From Promethearchaeota archaeon (GTDB lineage: Archaea; Asgardarchaeota; Lokiarchaeia; Sigyniarchaeales; SOKP01), in assembly GCA_030599585.1 (NCBI GenBank), contig JAUVNS010000015.1:1-64000 (forward strand): a stretch of DNA of 64,000 nt. The letters run 5' to 3'. The notes beneath the pieces are model-generated. The model was not told the origin of the DNA. It searched no databases and saw only the letters and a list, made by a program, of their open reading frames with translations. This document shows positions 32,125-40,737 of this stretch, one piece after another (position 1 is the stretch's first letter; every line of letters begins with the position of its first letter). The translations under genes were made by a program, and so were the position numbers.

Positions 32125-32955
32125 ATGTACGAAAAGGAATTGGGAATAATTGGTGTTGGTAAAATTGGTTCTGCTCTCTTAAAAAGAATAATTTCTACTA
32201 ATACAATCGATAGGAATAAAATTATTATTTTTGATGTAGATGAAGAGAAATTGCTCACCCTATCAAAAGATTTAAATGTAGATTGTGCTAATAGCAATAT
32301 AGATTTAGTTAATTCATCTAAACATGTTTTACTTGCAGTAATCCCTCAAGTAATGGATAGTGTTTTGAGAGAGATAGAAACAGCAATATCTGGAGAGCAT
32401 GTAATAATATCTATTGCAGCGGGAGTTTCTTTTACTCACATAACTAAAATAATTACGAATCCCATATCATTAATACGCATAATGACGAACACTCCAGCTC
32501 TTGTAGGTGCAGCAGCTACAGCGATAGCTCGTAATGAAAATGTCAAAGAATACCAAATAGAGTTTGTTAAAAGAATATTCAATTCTGTAGGGATGGTAGT
32601 TGAATTAGAAGAACGACATTTAGACGCAGTAACTGGTTTATCCGGAAGCGGTCCTGCTTACATATTTATAATTATTGAAGCTTTGGCTGATGGCGGCGTA
32701 AAAATGGGGCTACCTCGGGACATTGCCCTAAAATTAGCTGCTCAGACCCTCTTAGGTTCTGCAAAACTTCTATTGGAAACAAACATACACCCCGCAGCAC
32801 TGAAAGATATGGTAGCAACTCCAGGAGGAACTACTATTACTGCTATACACGAACTCGAATCTGCCAAAATAAGAGCTACATTAATTCGAGCAGTAGAAGC
32901 TGCAACAATAAAATCTAAATCGTTAAATTCAGCAAAAGCAAATAATAATCGATAA
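32125..32955 (+). CDS. proC: Pyrroline-5-carboxylate reductase
   Basis: GVGKIG, 'ISIAAG', 'RIMTNTP', 'TGLSGSGPAY', 'VATPGGTTI'. Confidence 0.95.
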   Translation: MYEKELGIIGVGKIGSALLKRIISTNTIDRNKIIIFDVDEEKLLTLSKDLNVDCANSNIDLVNSSKHVLLAVIPQVMDSVLREIETAISGEHVIISIAAGVSFTHITKIITNPISLIRIMTNTPALVGAAATAIARNENVKEYQIEFVKRIFNSVGMVVELEERHLDAVTGLSGSGPAYIFIIIEALADGGVKMGLPRDIALKLAAQTLLGSAKLLLETNIHPAALKDMVATPGGTTITAIHELESAKIRATLIRAVEAATIKSKSLNSAKANNNR

Positions 32956-33004
32956 TTAGTTTTATAAAACTTTTTATGCAAGATTTTCTTGTTATCTGTT
33001 AGAA

Positions 33005-34216
33005 ATGCCAAAATTATCCAAATTTGGAGAAGATTTTTTACTACTGGCACTCAGAATTGACAAACACATTAAAGGTTATGTCGATTTTTATTTTGGTCCA
33101 GAAAAACTCCGGCAAATTGTAGATCATGAGTCTCTAACAGCTCCAAACACATTGTTAAATGACTCTAACAATTTAATAAAACAACTGGGAGCTCAAGGTT
33201 ACAACAAAGAACGCGAATGGTATATCGAAAAGTTATTGGTCGCTATGAAAACCTCAATAGAAATTTTATTAGGTTCTGAAATTTCGATTAAAGACCAATT
33301 TACAAGACTTTATGATGTAGACCTACAACCCGCTAAAGAAGCTGATTTAGATAATTTAAAGGAAGAGTTTGAGAATGCGTACAAAGGATCTGGAAGTTTA
33401 GAAGAACGAATGAGTAAGTTAAGAGTACAGCGTAAGGTTCCTAAATCTGATGTTTTCGTTTTATTCAAAAAAGCGCTTAAAATTGTGAAAAGTCGAACTA
33501 AAGAATTGTTTGGTAATCTTTTACCCAAAAATGAATATATTATTATAGACTTAATAGGGGACAAAAACAGCGATAAAACAAAATGGTCTTATTACAACTG
33601 GTACTTGGGAAATTATATTTCCCGAATTGAAATTAATCCAAATTACAATGTGTATTGGAGCTCACTTTTATCCTCTGCCGCTCATGAGGGATATCCTGGG
33701 CATCATACGGAATTTGCTGTTAAAGAACAATGTTTATATCGAAAATTATATCAATTCGAACATTCCTTATTAATACTTCACTCACCCAAATTAATAATTT
33801 CTGAAGGAATTGGAAATTTAGCAATTTCTGTAATGTTTTCAGATATGGATGCTGCAGAAATTAGTTTAAGAGAATTTTGTCCAAATACATCCAAAACGGA
33901 TTCTTTTGATGTAGTGGCTTCACAAAACAGTGTAAGAAGAAAATTGTCTCTTTTTTGGTATAATCTTGCATACCGTGCGCTAATTGACGAATATAGTACC
34001 GAAGAACTAATCTGCTATGGAAAAAATTTTGAAGTTTTCAGTGAAGATACGATTCAAAATAACCTAAAAAGAATGATAGATCCTGTGTATTCAAAAAACG
34101 CTTTTTTATATGACCTTGGGACCAATCTCATTAGAAACAAGTATGGAATTGTTCCATCAGCTAAAAATTACCAAAATTTGCTTAAAACTGCGATATTACC
34201 CTCAAATTTAAAATAA
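33005..34216 (+). CDS. DUF885-like zincin metallopeptidase, copy A
   Basis: 'AHEGYPGHHTE' metal motif and downstream 'SEGIG'; no signal peptide; paralog of 47361..48575. Confidence 0.7.
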   Translation: MPKLSKFGEDFLLLALRIDKHIKGYVDFYFGPEKLRQIVDHESLTAPNTLLNDSNNLIKQLGAQGYNKEREWYIEKLLVAMKTSIEILLGSEISIKDQFTRLYDVDLQPAKEADLDNLKEEFENAYKGSGSLEERMSKLRVQRKVPKSDVFVLFKKALKIVKSRTKELFGNLLPKNEYIIIDLIGDKNSDKTKWSYYNWYLGNYISRIEINPNYNVYWSSLLSSAAHEGYPGHHTEFAVKEQCLYRKLYQFEHSLLILHSPKLIISEGIGNLAISVMFSDMDAAEISLREFCPNTSKTDSFDVVASQNSVRRKLSLFWYNLAYRALIDEYSTEELICYGKNFEVFSEDTIQNNLKRMIDPVYSKNAFLYDLGTNLIRNKYGIVPSAKNYQNLLKTAILPSNLK

Positions 34217-34467
34217 AAAATTAGATTTTTCCTAGCACATAATCTGGTGTTGGAGAAGTTAAAAACAATTCTTTAGATTTGAAAATTAAAAATTCAATTA
34301 ACTTTTTAGATTAGATTTCTTCAGCATAAAAATTTTATTAAAGAATCCCAAAATAACAAATTCGTAGTTTAAATAATCACTTTGGAATTAAATATAAAGT
34401 GAAAAAAAAGAGAAATGATTTCTAATTCAAAGTTAATATTTTTCAATTATCCAAAGGAGTGAGTAAT

Positions 34468-34497
34468 ATGCCTGGTGAGGACGGAATAGCACCTTAA
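34468..34497 (+). CDS. Micro-ORF MPGEDGIAP (9 aa)
   Basis: ATG CCT GGT GAG GAC GGA ATA GCA CCT TAA; SD-like AAGGAGTGAG upstream; one of four homologous micro-ORFs. Confidence 0.7.
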   Translation: MPGEDGIAP

Positions 34498-34502
34498 TTT
34501 TG

Positions 34503-34546
34503 TGCTTTTTATAAAAACACTCGAAGATTGTGTTTTTATAAGAGCA
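34503..34546 (+). terminator. Long hairpin followed by T-rich tract after the first micro-ORF
   Basis: TGCTTTTTATAAAAACAC ... GTGTTTTTATAAGAGCA inverted repeat; related hairpin at 48789..48830. Confidence 0.55.
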
Positions 34547-34651
34547 TCATATATTTTTTCTTCTTTTTTTAACTCAAAGATTAAATAATTTATATTAGAA
34601 ATAAAATTAAAATTTATCAGAAAAAGAAAATAATACAACTTAGTGATTAAA

Positions 34652-34681
34652 ATGCCTGGTCGAGATAGGTTTCATCCTTAA
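34652..34681 (+). CDS. Micro-ORF MPGRDRFHP (9 aa)
   Basis: ATG CCT GGT CGA GAT AGG TTT CAT CCT TAA; SD-like AGTGAT upstream, the same motif that precedes the thermosome gene. Confidence 0.7.
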   Translation: MPGRDRFHP

Positions 34682-34834
34682 TTTGATGTCGCTAATAAGA
34701 GTAGTATTTTTTTAGCTCGAAGTTTAAAGTGTTTATATCTAAAATGTAATAACACTTATCCTAATAAGAAAATATTACAATTAAGAGAATAAAATACAGC
34801 AATATACTCTACATGGATGAACTATAGACGAGTA

Positions 34835-35818
34835 TTATATGATTTCTTTACCTCTTTCTATAAAATTGATTGTCTTTTGATCGTTTATTGTTAAGGTAAA
34901 TGTTTTAATGTCTGGTTCATATGTGTTATAAATTTCATATGCATCTTTTTCTTCTTCTTTTCTGCAAAAGGTATACACTGAGCGACCCAATTGATTCATA
35001 CTTACTCCAATAACATCCAATTTGTTTAAGTTGTTAAGTAATTCCTTTGTTTTATCTAAATTTAAAATCTCCATAATTTGTGTATTTTCTACAAATTCAT
35101 ATGATGCCTTAATAAAATTCTTGTAATTGGGTTTTAATAATAATTTGTTCAAAGCTAATTTGCCTGCTTTTTTTATGTTCGAACTTAATTTTTCATCTGT
35201 TAGTATTGATTTGGTTTTTATAGCTCCGAAAGAGCCACAAATGACTAGAAGATCTTCAGGACTTTTTAAACGCTTATAGTTACAAGGATAACCTGGTTCT
35301 TTTAGAATACATAAACCACCCCCTAATTGGCCACAAACGGTCCCCAATCCCGTTTTATTAACAACTTCAGCAATGTGAGCTATCCTACCGCTTTCTAAAT
35401 TAGTCAAATTTAGGTTCAATAGTTTGTTTAATCCAAAGATCGTTCCCAATGCTCCTGACCCACTTGCTCCGTAACCACAACCAACGGGTAAATCAAAAAA
35501 GTGTTCTATTTTTACATTAATCGGGGAATCAATCAGTTTTCTAATATACTCGTATATGAAATAAGATGTTTCTGCTTTATAATCTAATTTTTCTTCATTA
35601 ATGTAAATCGAGCACCGACTTTCCTCTTCTCTTTCGAGCTTTTTACAAGATATTGCCGTTTTCCCTACCCCACTTACGTTAAACCCGGCTCCTCGAGAAC
35701 CAATTTTTTCCGGATTTTTAATTGGAATCCCGTTTTCTTTATCTACAATTTCAAAAAACCCCGATATACGGTGAGGAACTTCAACAATAATTTTATTTGT
35801 AGTACTTACCATACCCAT
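34835..35818 (-). CDS. Pantoate kinase (GHMP family)
   Basis: 'VPHRISGFF', 'GSRGAG', 'LPVGCGYGASG', 'AHIAEV...TGLGTV', 'SMNQLG'. Confidence 0.88.
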   Translation of the reverse strand: MGMVSTTNKIIVEVPHRISGFFEIVDKENGIPIKNPEKIGSRGAGFNVSGVGKTAISCKKLEREEESRCSIYINEEKLDYKAETSYFIYEYIRKLIDSPINVKIEHFFDLPVGCGYGASGSGALGTIFGLNKLLNLNLTNLESGRIAHIAEVVNKTGLGTVCGQLGGGLCILKEPGYPCNYKRLKSPEDLLVICGSFGAIKTKSILTDEKLSSNIKKAGKLALNKLLLKPNYKNFIKASYEFVENTQIMEILNLDKTKELLNNLNKLDVIGVSMNQLGRSVYTFCRKEEEKDAYEIYNTYEPDIKTFTLTINDQKTINFIERGKEII

Positions 35819-35884
35819 TAAATATTTACTTGACCCAATTTAATTATATATTAATTAAAAAATAAAAGTCAATTATAGTTTATT

Positions 35885-36592
35885 ATGACAAAGAATATTG
35901 TGATAAAGTTTGGGGGCTCTCTTCTATTTTCTGGAGGGGGAACTATAAATTATAAAAAAATTACCGAATTTTGCGATTTAATAAAAAACGACAAAAATTA
36001 CGATTCAATCGTTATCGTATGTGGAGGAGGAAAGATAGCTAGACAATATATTAAAGCAGTAAGAGAATTTACCAAGAATGAAATATTATGTGATATGATA
36101 GGAATTGACATAGCGCGAATAAACTCCCGATTAATAGTAGCTAACATGAAAGAATTTGCTTATCCTCAGGTTCCAGAATCATTTGAAGAATTATCGACAG
36201 CGATCATTACTAGTAAAATTGCAGTAATGGGAGGATTACAACCGGGGCAATCAACGACTTCTGTAGCTATTCAAGTAGCAGAATTTCTAAAAGCAGAGCG
36301 TTTAATAATCCTTACTGATGTTGATGGCATTTACGATAAAGATCCGAAAGTATTTGAAGACGCAAAATTATTGAGAGAACTTGATTACGATTCCCTTCAA
36401 AAAATTATAATAGAAATATCCGGCGATAAGCAAGCTGCGGCCGGAGAATATAGGATTTTTGATGCCGTTTCTTTGCAGATCTTAAAAAGAAGTAATGTAG
36501 TTGTATCGGTAATTTCGGGTTCGAACCTAGATCAGTTTAAAAAATTATGGAATAACGAAAAAGCGAATGTAGGCACAACAATCACGAAATAA
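35885..36592 (+). CDS. pyrH: UMP kinase
   Basis: 'VIKFGGS', 'VCGGGKIARQYI', 'MGGLQPGQSTT', 'TDVDGIYDKDP'. Confidence 0.93.
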   Translation: MTKNIVIKFGGSLLFSGGGTINYKKITEFCDLIKNDKNYDSIVIVCGGGKIARQYIKAVREFTKNEILCDMIGIDIARINSRLIVANMKEFAYPQVPESFEELSTAIITSKIAVMGGLQPGQSTTSVAIQVAEFLKAERLIILTDVDGIYDKDPKVFEDAKLLRELDYDSLQKIIIEISGDKQAAAGEYRIFDAVSLQILKRSNVVVSVISGSNLDQFKKLWNNEKANVGTTITK

Positions 36593-36658
36593 CTTTTTTT
36601 ATAATAAAATATTAAAATTTAGCACATTTTTCTAACATAGTAATTAAAAACTTAACAC

Positions 36659-36904
36659 GTGAGTAAAAAGAGAATGTCTCAATCTACTTGGAAAGACCAG
36701 ATTAAAAAAAAATGGGGACCTCATAGCCATTGTCCTATTTGTGGAAAAGCAATGCCAACAGATAAGCAATTTTGTAGCCAAAACTGTCGAGATAATTACC
36801 ACGGCACCCAAAAAAAGCAGAAAAAAAAAAGCAGAATTCAAATGATATTCATGTTTGGTATGATGGCAGTTGTTTTCGTATTCATGTTTCTTTTCACAGG
36901 ATAA
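36659..36904 (+). CDS. DUF2116-like Zn-ribbon membrane protein
   Basis: 'PHSHCPICGKAMP...FCSQNC' plus C-terminal TM. Confidence 0.75.
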   Translation: MSKKRMSQSTWKDQIKKKWGPHSHCPICGKAMPTDKQFCSQNCRDNYHGTQKKQKKKSRIQMIFMFGMMAVVFVFMFLFTG

Positions 36905-36981
36905 AAATCAAGCAAAATTGTGCTTCCCTTTTCTATTTGACATAAACTTGGAAGTAATTCGATAATTAGCGCCTTAGGATT

Positions 36982-37100
36982 GCAGGGATAGCCAAGCGGT
37001 CAACGGCGGTGGACACAATCGAGAACACATAATATGTTCTCGAGCCACACTCAAGATCCATTGACATAGGTCTACAGGGGTTCAAATCCCCTTCCCTGCA
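36982..37100 (+). tRNA. tRNA-Leu(CAA) with 36-nt intron at 32/33 (37015..37050)
   Basis: GCAGGGA/TCCCTGC acceptor; BHB-type GTGG AC^A...CCAC AC^T; mature loop CT-CAA-GA; long variable arm. Confidence 0.9.
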
Positions 37101-37164
37101 TCTTCAATATTTACAATAAGAAGAGAAACTCGTAAAGTTACTTCTAAAATATTTATTACTTCAT

Positions 37165-37524
37165 TTAGCTCTGAGAAATTTCAATTAGTGCTTCCTTCAG
37201 TAAATCCATTAAAGGTTTGATAACCTCTTGATCTTCTTTTACGTGTCTTAAAAAAAGTAGAAGCAATACGGGCTCTTTAAGGTCGGAAGACATCTTTTCG
37301 ACGATAATTTTGCTTAGAATTTTACTTTGAACTCCAAATATTTGGTGAGAAGCGGAAGACGTTTTCATATTCTCAATTATAGAAGGAATTCCTAACGTTA
37401 CGGTTCCGATACCCATTCCTTCTTCATCGGAAATAAGTACGAGATAGCTTTTTAGTAATTTAAAAATAGAAATATGTAAACAAATATTGTCTATTTTTTT
37501 TTGTTTTTCAATAAGTGGTTTCAT
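37165..37524 (-). CDS. Hypothetical protein, PAC4/PAC3-like proteasome assembly chaperone fold
   Basis: 'SYLVLIS...GIGTVTLGIP...SSASHQIFG...LSKIIVEKMS..LKEPVLL' resembles PAC4 by eye. Confidence 0.5.
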   Translation of the reverse strand: MKPLIEKQKKIDNICLHISIFKLLKSYLVLISDEEGMGIGTVTLGIPSIIENMKTSSASHQIFGVQSKILSKIIVEKMSSDLKEPVLLLLFLRHVKEDQEVIKPLMDLLKEALIEISQS

Positions 37525-37559
37525 TTTAATGTATCACTTTACGCCTAAAAAGTAGATAT

Positions 37560-38363
37560 TCAAATCCCAATTTCTTTAATGGCTTCATTTACTTCGTAAT
37601 TTTTATGCACAACTAAATATAATGCTTTTACAACTTTTGTAGGATCTTCTGCTTGAAACACATTTCTTCCGAACGCCACACCTGCTCCACCAACTTCTAT
37701 GGATTGTTTAGTTACTTCTAGAATTTCTCTCAAACTTGCCTTTACACCTCCAGCTATAATAACCGGCGCCATACATCCAGCAACAACCTCTTTAAAAGAA
37801 TCAGGATCTCCAGTCCAATTTGTTTTTACTAAGTCTGCTCCGAGTTCCGCGGCAACTCTTGCGGCGATTTTAACAACCTGAACATCGTACTCGTTGTCAA
37901 TATTTTCTCCACGAGGATACATCATTGCCAAAAGTGGTATCCCAAATTCTCGACACTCGCGCGAAACATTTCCCAAGATTTCTAACATTTCTGGATCAGT
38001 TTTTGTTCCAATGTTAATGTGTAAAGATACGCCATCAGCACCCAATTTTACAGCTTCCAATACATTATTTACTAAGACCTTGTAATTTGATTCTGGGCTT
38101 AATGATGTGGATCCGGATAAGTGTAGAATCAATCCGATATCCGGACCGTATCCCCTATGCCCATAAAGTGGAATCCCAACATGTCCTAAAACCGCATTAG
38201 CACCACCTAAGGCAATTTTGTTAACAATTTCTCCTAGATTTCTTTCTATTCCTTTAATAGGTCCTAATGTTAATCCATGATCCATAGGAACTATAATTGT
38301 TCTTTTTGTTTCTCTATTAAATATTCTTTCTAACCTAATACTTTTGCCTATGTAACCAGAAAT
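37560..38363 (-). CDS. DhnA-type class I aldolase / ADH synthase (AroA'-like), apparent ATT start
   Basis: ORF track starts at MDHG (38285), but the frame extends 26 codons upstream through conserved 'GKSIRLERIFNRETKRTIIVP' to ATT at 38363, with GGTGA 7 nt upstream. Also 'AMMYPRG', 'ELGADLVKT', 'GRNVFQ'. Confidence 0.9.
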   Translation of the reverse strand: MSGYIGKSIRLERIFNRETKRTIIVPMDHGLTLGPIKGIERNLGEIVNKIALGGANAVLGHVGIPLYGHRGYGPDIGLILHLSGSTSLSPESNYKVLVNNVLEAVKLGADGVSLHINIGTKTDPEMLEILGNVSRECREFGIPLLAMMYPRGENIDNEYDVQVVKIAARVAAELGADLVKTNWTGDPDSFKEVVAGCMAPVIIAGGVKASLREILEVTKQSIEVGGAGVAFGRNVFQAEDPTKVVKALYLVVHKNYEVNEAIKEIGI

Positions 38364-38476
38364 AGTTTATTCACCAATAAATCAATGGTTATATAATTAA
38401 ATTTAACTATAGAATATATATTATAATAGTTAGCATTTTTTTAATTCTTTTAAAACAAACTCGTTGTTAAAATTGA

Positions 38477-38701
38477 ATGTTAGAATCCAAGGACGATCAT
38501 TCGATTAAAGAAAATAATGGAAATATTAATTGCTATAACTGTGGTAGTAAAATTGCAAATGTCAATCTTAAATATTGCATAAATTGTAATACTATATTAA
38601 ATCCAAACGATTTAAAGTGGAGAAACAGTTTTATTTATTTTATCAGCTTGCTATGCTTAATTCCAATCCTAATCGCGCTTTTTTCTAGCTGGTTATCTTA
38701 G
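38477..38701 (+). CDS. Small Zn-ribbon membrane protein
   Basis: CYNCG...CINC plus C-terminal TM. Confidence 0.6.
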   Translation: MLESKDDHSIKENNGNINCYNCGSKIANVNLKYCINCNTILNPNDLKWRNSFIYFISLLCLIPILIALFSSWLS

Positions 38702-38791
38702 CCTTAATAGATTGTGTTCAAACATAATTTCATAGCTAAAGAATGTAAATCAACAGTTTAATAAATTGGGTAGGAAACGATATAAATATGC

Positions 38792-39298
38792 TTATTCAGG
38801 AGAAAAAACTACATCGGAAATTCGTTGCCTACGTATGTCAAAATCATGATCAAGATGAAGAGTAATACAATGTTGATCCTTCATCTGAGAATTACTATGA
38901 ACATAGCTTATTGGAACGACAGGTAAATCAGATTTATTGATATAATTTTTAGGGATGGGTACTGGAATTATTTCTTTACATCGTTCACAATTTACTAAAA
39001 CAACTTTAATTTTATCAGATTCTAACCTTTTCAATTTTTGTAAAAGATCAGCAGATAACCCTGGAGAATTAACCGTTAGTTTATTCTTCTTTTTTGGCGA
39101 TTCTGGAACTAAGGGGATTCCTAATTCGACATCCTCAACAGTCGAGAAATCTAAATTTGATTTATCCTTTTTTTTTTTAATTTTAATAGAAGATTTCTTC
39201 TCGTCCTTATTTTTTTTGCTGGAAAATTTAGGATTTGACTTGGGAGTTGTGTTTTTGATTACTGTAGGTTTTTTATTGTCTTTATTTGGATTTTCCAA
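38792..39298 (-). CDS. Hypothetical protein with Lys-rich N-terminus and C-terminal Cys/His domain
   Basis: 'CERC...YVH...HCITLHLDHDFDIRR'. Confidence 0.65.
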   Translation of the reverse strand: MENPNKDNKKPTVIKNTTPKSNPKFSSKKNKDEKKSSIKIKKKKDKSNLDFSTVEDVELGIPLVPESPKKKNKLTVNSPGLSADLLQKLKRLESDKIKVVLVNCERCKEIIPVPIPKNYINKSDLPVVPISYVHSNSQMKDQHCITLHLDHDFDIRRQRISDVVFSPE

Positions 39299-39385
39299 TT
39301 ATATCACTATATTTGAAATTATTCGATTTCTATAATAATATCGTTCGTAAATCATTTATATCTTTGTACTTAAGCTCGTGAGAAC

Positions 39386-39994
39386 CTAAACTCCAAAAAT
39401 CTGCCTTAGTTCAGAATATATTTTTGATAGCTCTGATATGATAGGTGTGTTGTTTTGTTGAAGATAATAATTAATGTATCCCGAAAGGCCCTCGCTATCT
39501 TTAATCCATTCTAAAAACGACTGAACCTCGCCCTTCAGTTGAGGATCTATGTTTGCTGCAACACTTGGCTGACCCTTTCCACCAGCAGTGCCTAATTGGC
39601 TATTTGGATCGATGTAAGTTTGTTTTGAGCTTAATTCTGAAACTGCTCTTGCTGTATCCATAGTAGCTCCCATAGGTTCCCCATCGGGCTCGAGATAAAC
39701 AAGTATTTTATGTTCTTCGTCTTTCGATCCAATAATGTGTCCTTCACCTCGAATTGAAGTGGCAACTAGTCTCTCTGACGTACACTGAAGAACTGAATAT
39801 TTCACACCTGATACCATTACGAATCTTGCATTCAAACTATTCCAACTAGATATTACTTTACCGACATCGGAACTAATATCCCAATTATCTGTTGAGTGAA
39901 GAATAGTGTCTCTTCCTTGAATTACAGCGGCAGCGATAATGCTTGGATCTTTTTGTAATAAATTGTGAACAACAGTAGCTGGATCATTTGGCAT
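39386..39994 (-). CDS. Profilin-like protein with C-terminal extension
   Basis: 'IIAAAVI...STDNW...SGVKYSVLQCTSERLVATSIRGEGHIIG' matches the Asgard profilin pattern; about 75 extra C-terminal residues. Confidence 0.7.
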   Translation of the reverse strand: MPNDPATVVHNLLQKDPSIIAAAVIQGRDTILHSTDNWDISSDVGKVISSWNSLNARFVMVSGVKYSVLQCTSERLVATSIRGEGHIIGSKDEEHKILVYLEPDGEPMGATMDTARAVSELSSKQTYIDPNSQLGTAGGKGQPSVAANIDPQLKGEVQSFLEWIKDSEGLSGYINYYLQQNNTPIISELSKIYSELRQIFGV

Positions 39995-40098
39995 TTTTTT
40001 TTTCCAATTTTTTAGATTAAAATATCCTATACAGAAATAATAATAATAATAGTATAAATATAATTATAAAAGTTGTATTAAAATTTGTGTTTAATCAT

Positions 40099-40626
40099 CT
40101 ATTCATCTTTTGATGTCTTAATATTGATTCTTCCAAACTTAGGTTTATGTTGAAATTTGTTACTGTTATCGTTCGAATTATTCATAGTTTTGTTTCTGTT
40201 TCGGAAGGTTAGTTTATTATTTAAAAACATTTTATGTTCTAAGTCGTTTTTTCTTTGTGCATTAAAGTGGTCTTTTAAGGAACCTTCATCTCTAAACATT
40301 TTTCCACACACAGCACAACTATAATACGGTTCTCCTAATAGACCTTTAGGTGTTTTAACAACAATTGGGAATTTTTTTCTCCCCTTCAATAAGCCCCCCT
40401 CTTTCCGACACCTATGTCTTATTAATTTTCCATACGGGGGGTATTGAAAAAACATTTTACTTCCGTGAGTACATTCCCAGTATAAAACATCAGCTCCGCA
40501 CTTTTTACAAACAGTTTGAAAAGATCGAAGATAACAGTGTTTTCCGTGACTTTTATAAAAATGTCGCATTATATAATTAGAAATTTCTAACTTATTAAAA
40601 TTTTTTGATGAAACGATATAAGCCAA
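40099..40626 (-). CDS. Zn-finger protein with C2H2-like motif
   Basis: CKKCG...ECTHG and 'YSCAVCGKMFRDEGSLKDHF...H'. Confidence 0.6.
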   Translation of the reverse strand: MAYIVSSKNFNKLEISNYIMRHFYKSHGKHCYLRSFQTVCKKCGADVLYWECTHGSKMFFQYPPYGKLIRHRCRKEGGLLKGRKKFPIVVKTPKGLLGEPYYSCAVCGKMFRDEGSLKDHFNAQRKNDLEHKMFLNNKLTFRNRNKTMNNSNDNSNKFQHKPKFGRINIKTSKDE

Positions 40627-40737
40627 TTTTTTAAAAGAGGTTTTTTATTAACTGATAAATCCATAAAACGCAAACATTTAAATGTATGATTTTAATTATA
40701 GAAATTAAGGAATTGAACTTTATGTGGGTATAAGTAA

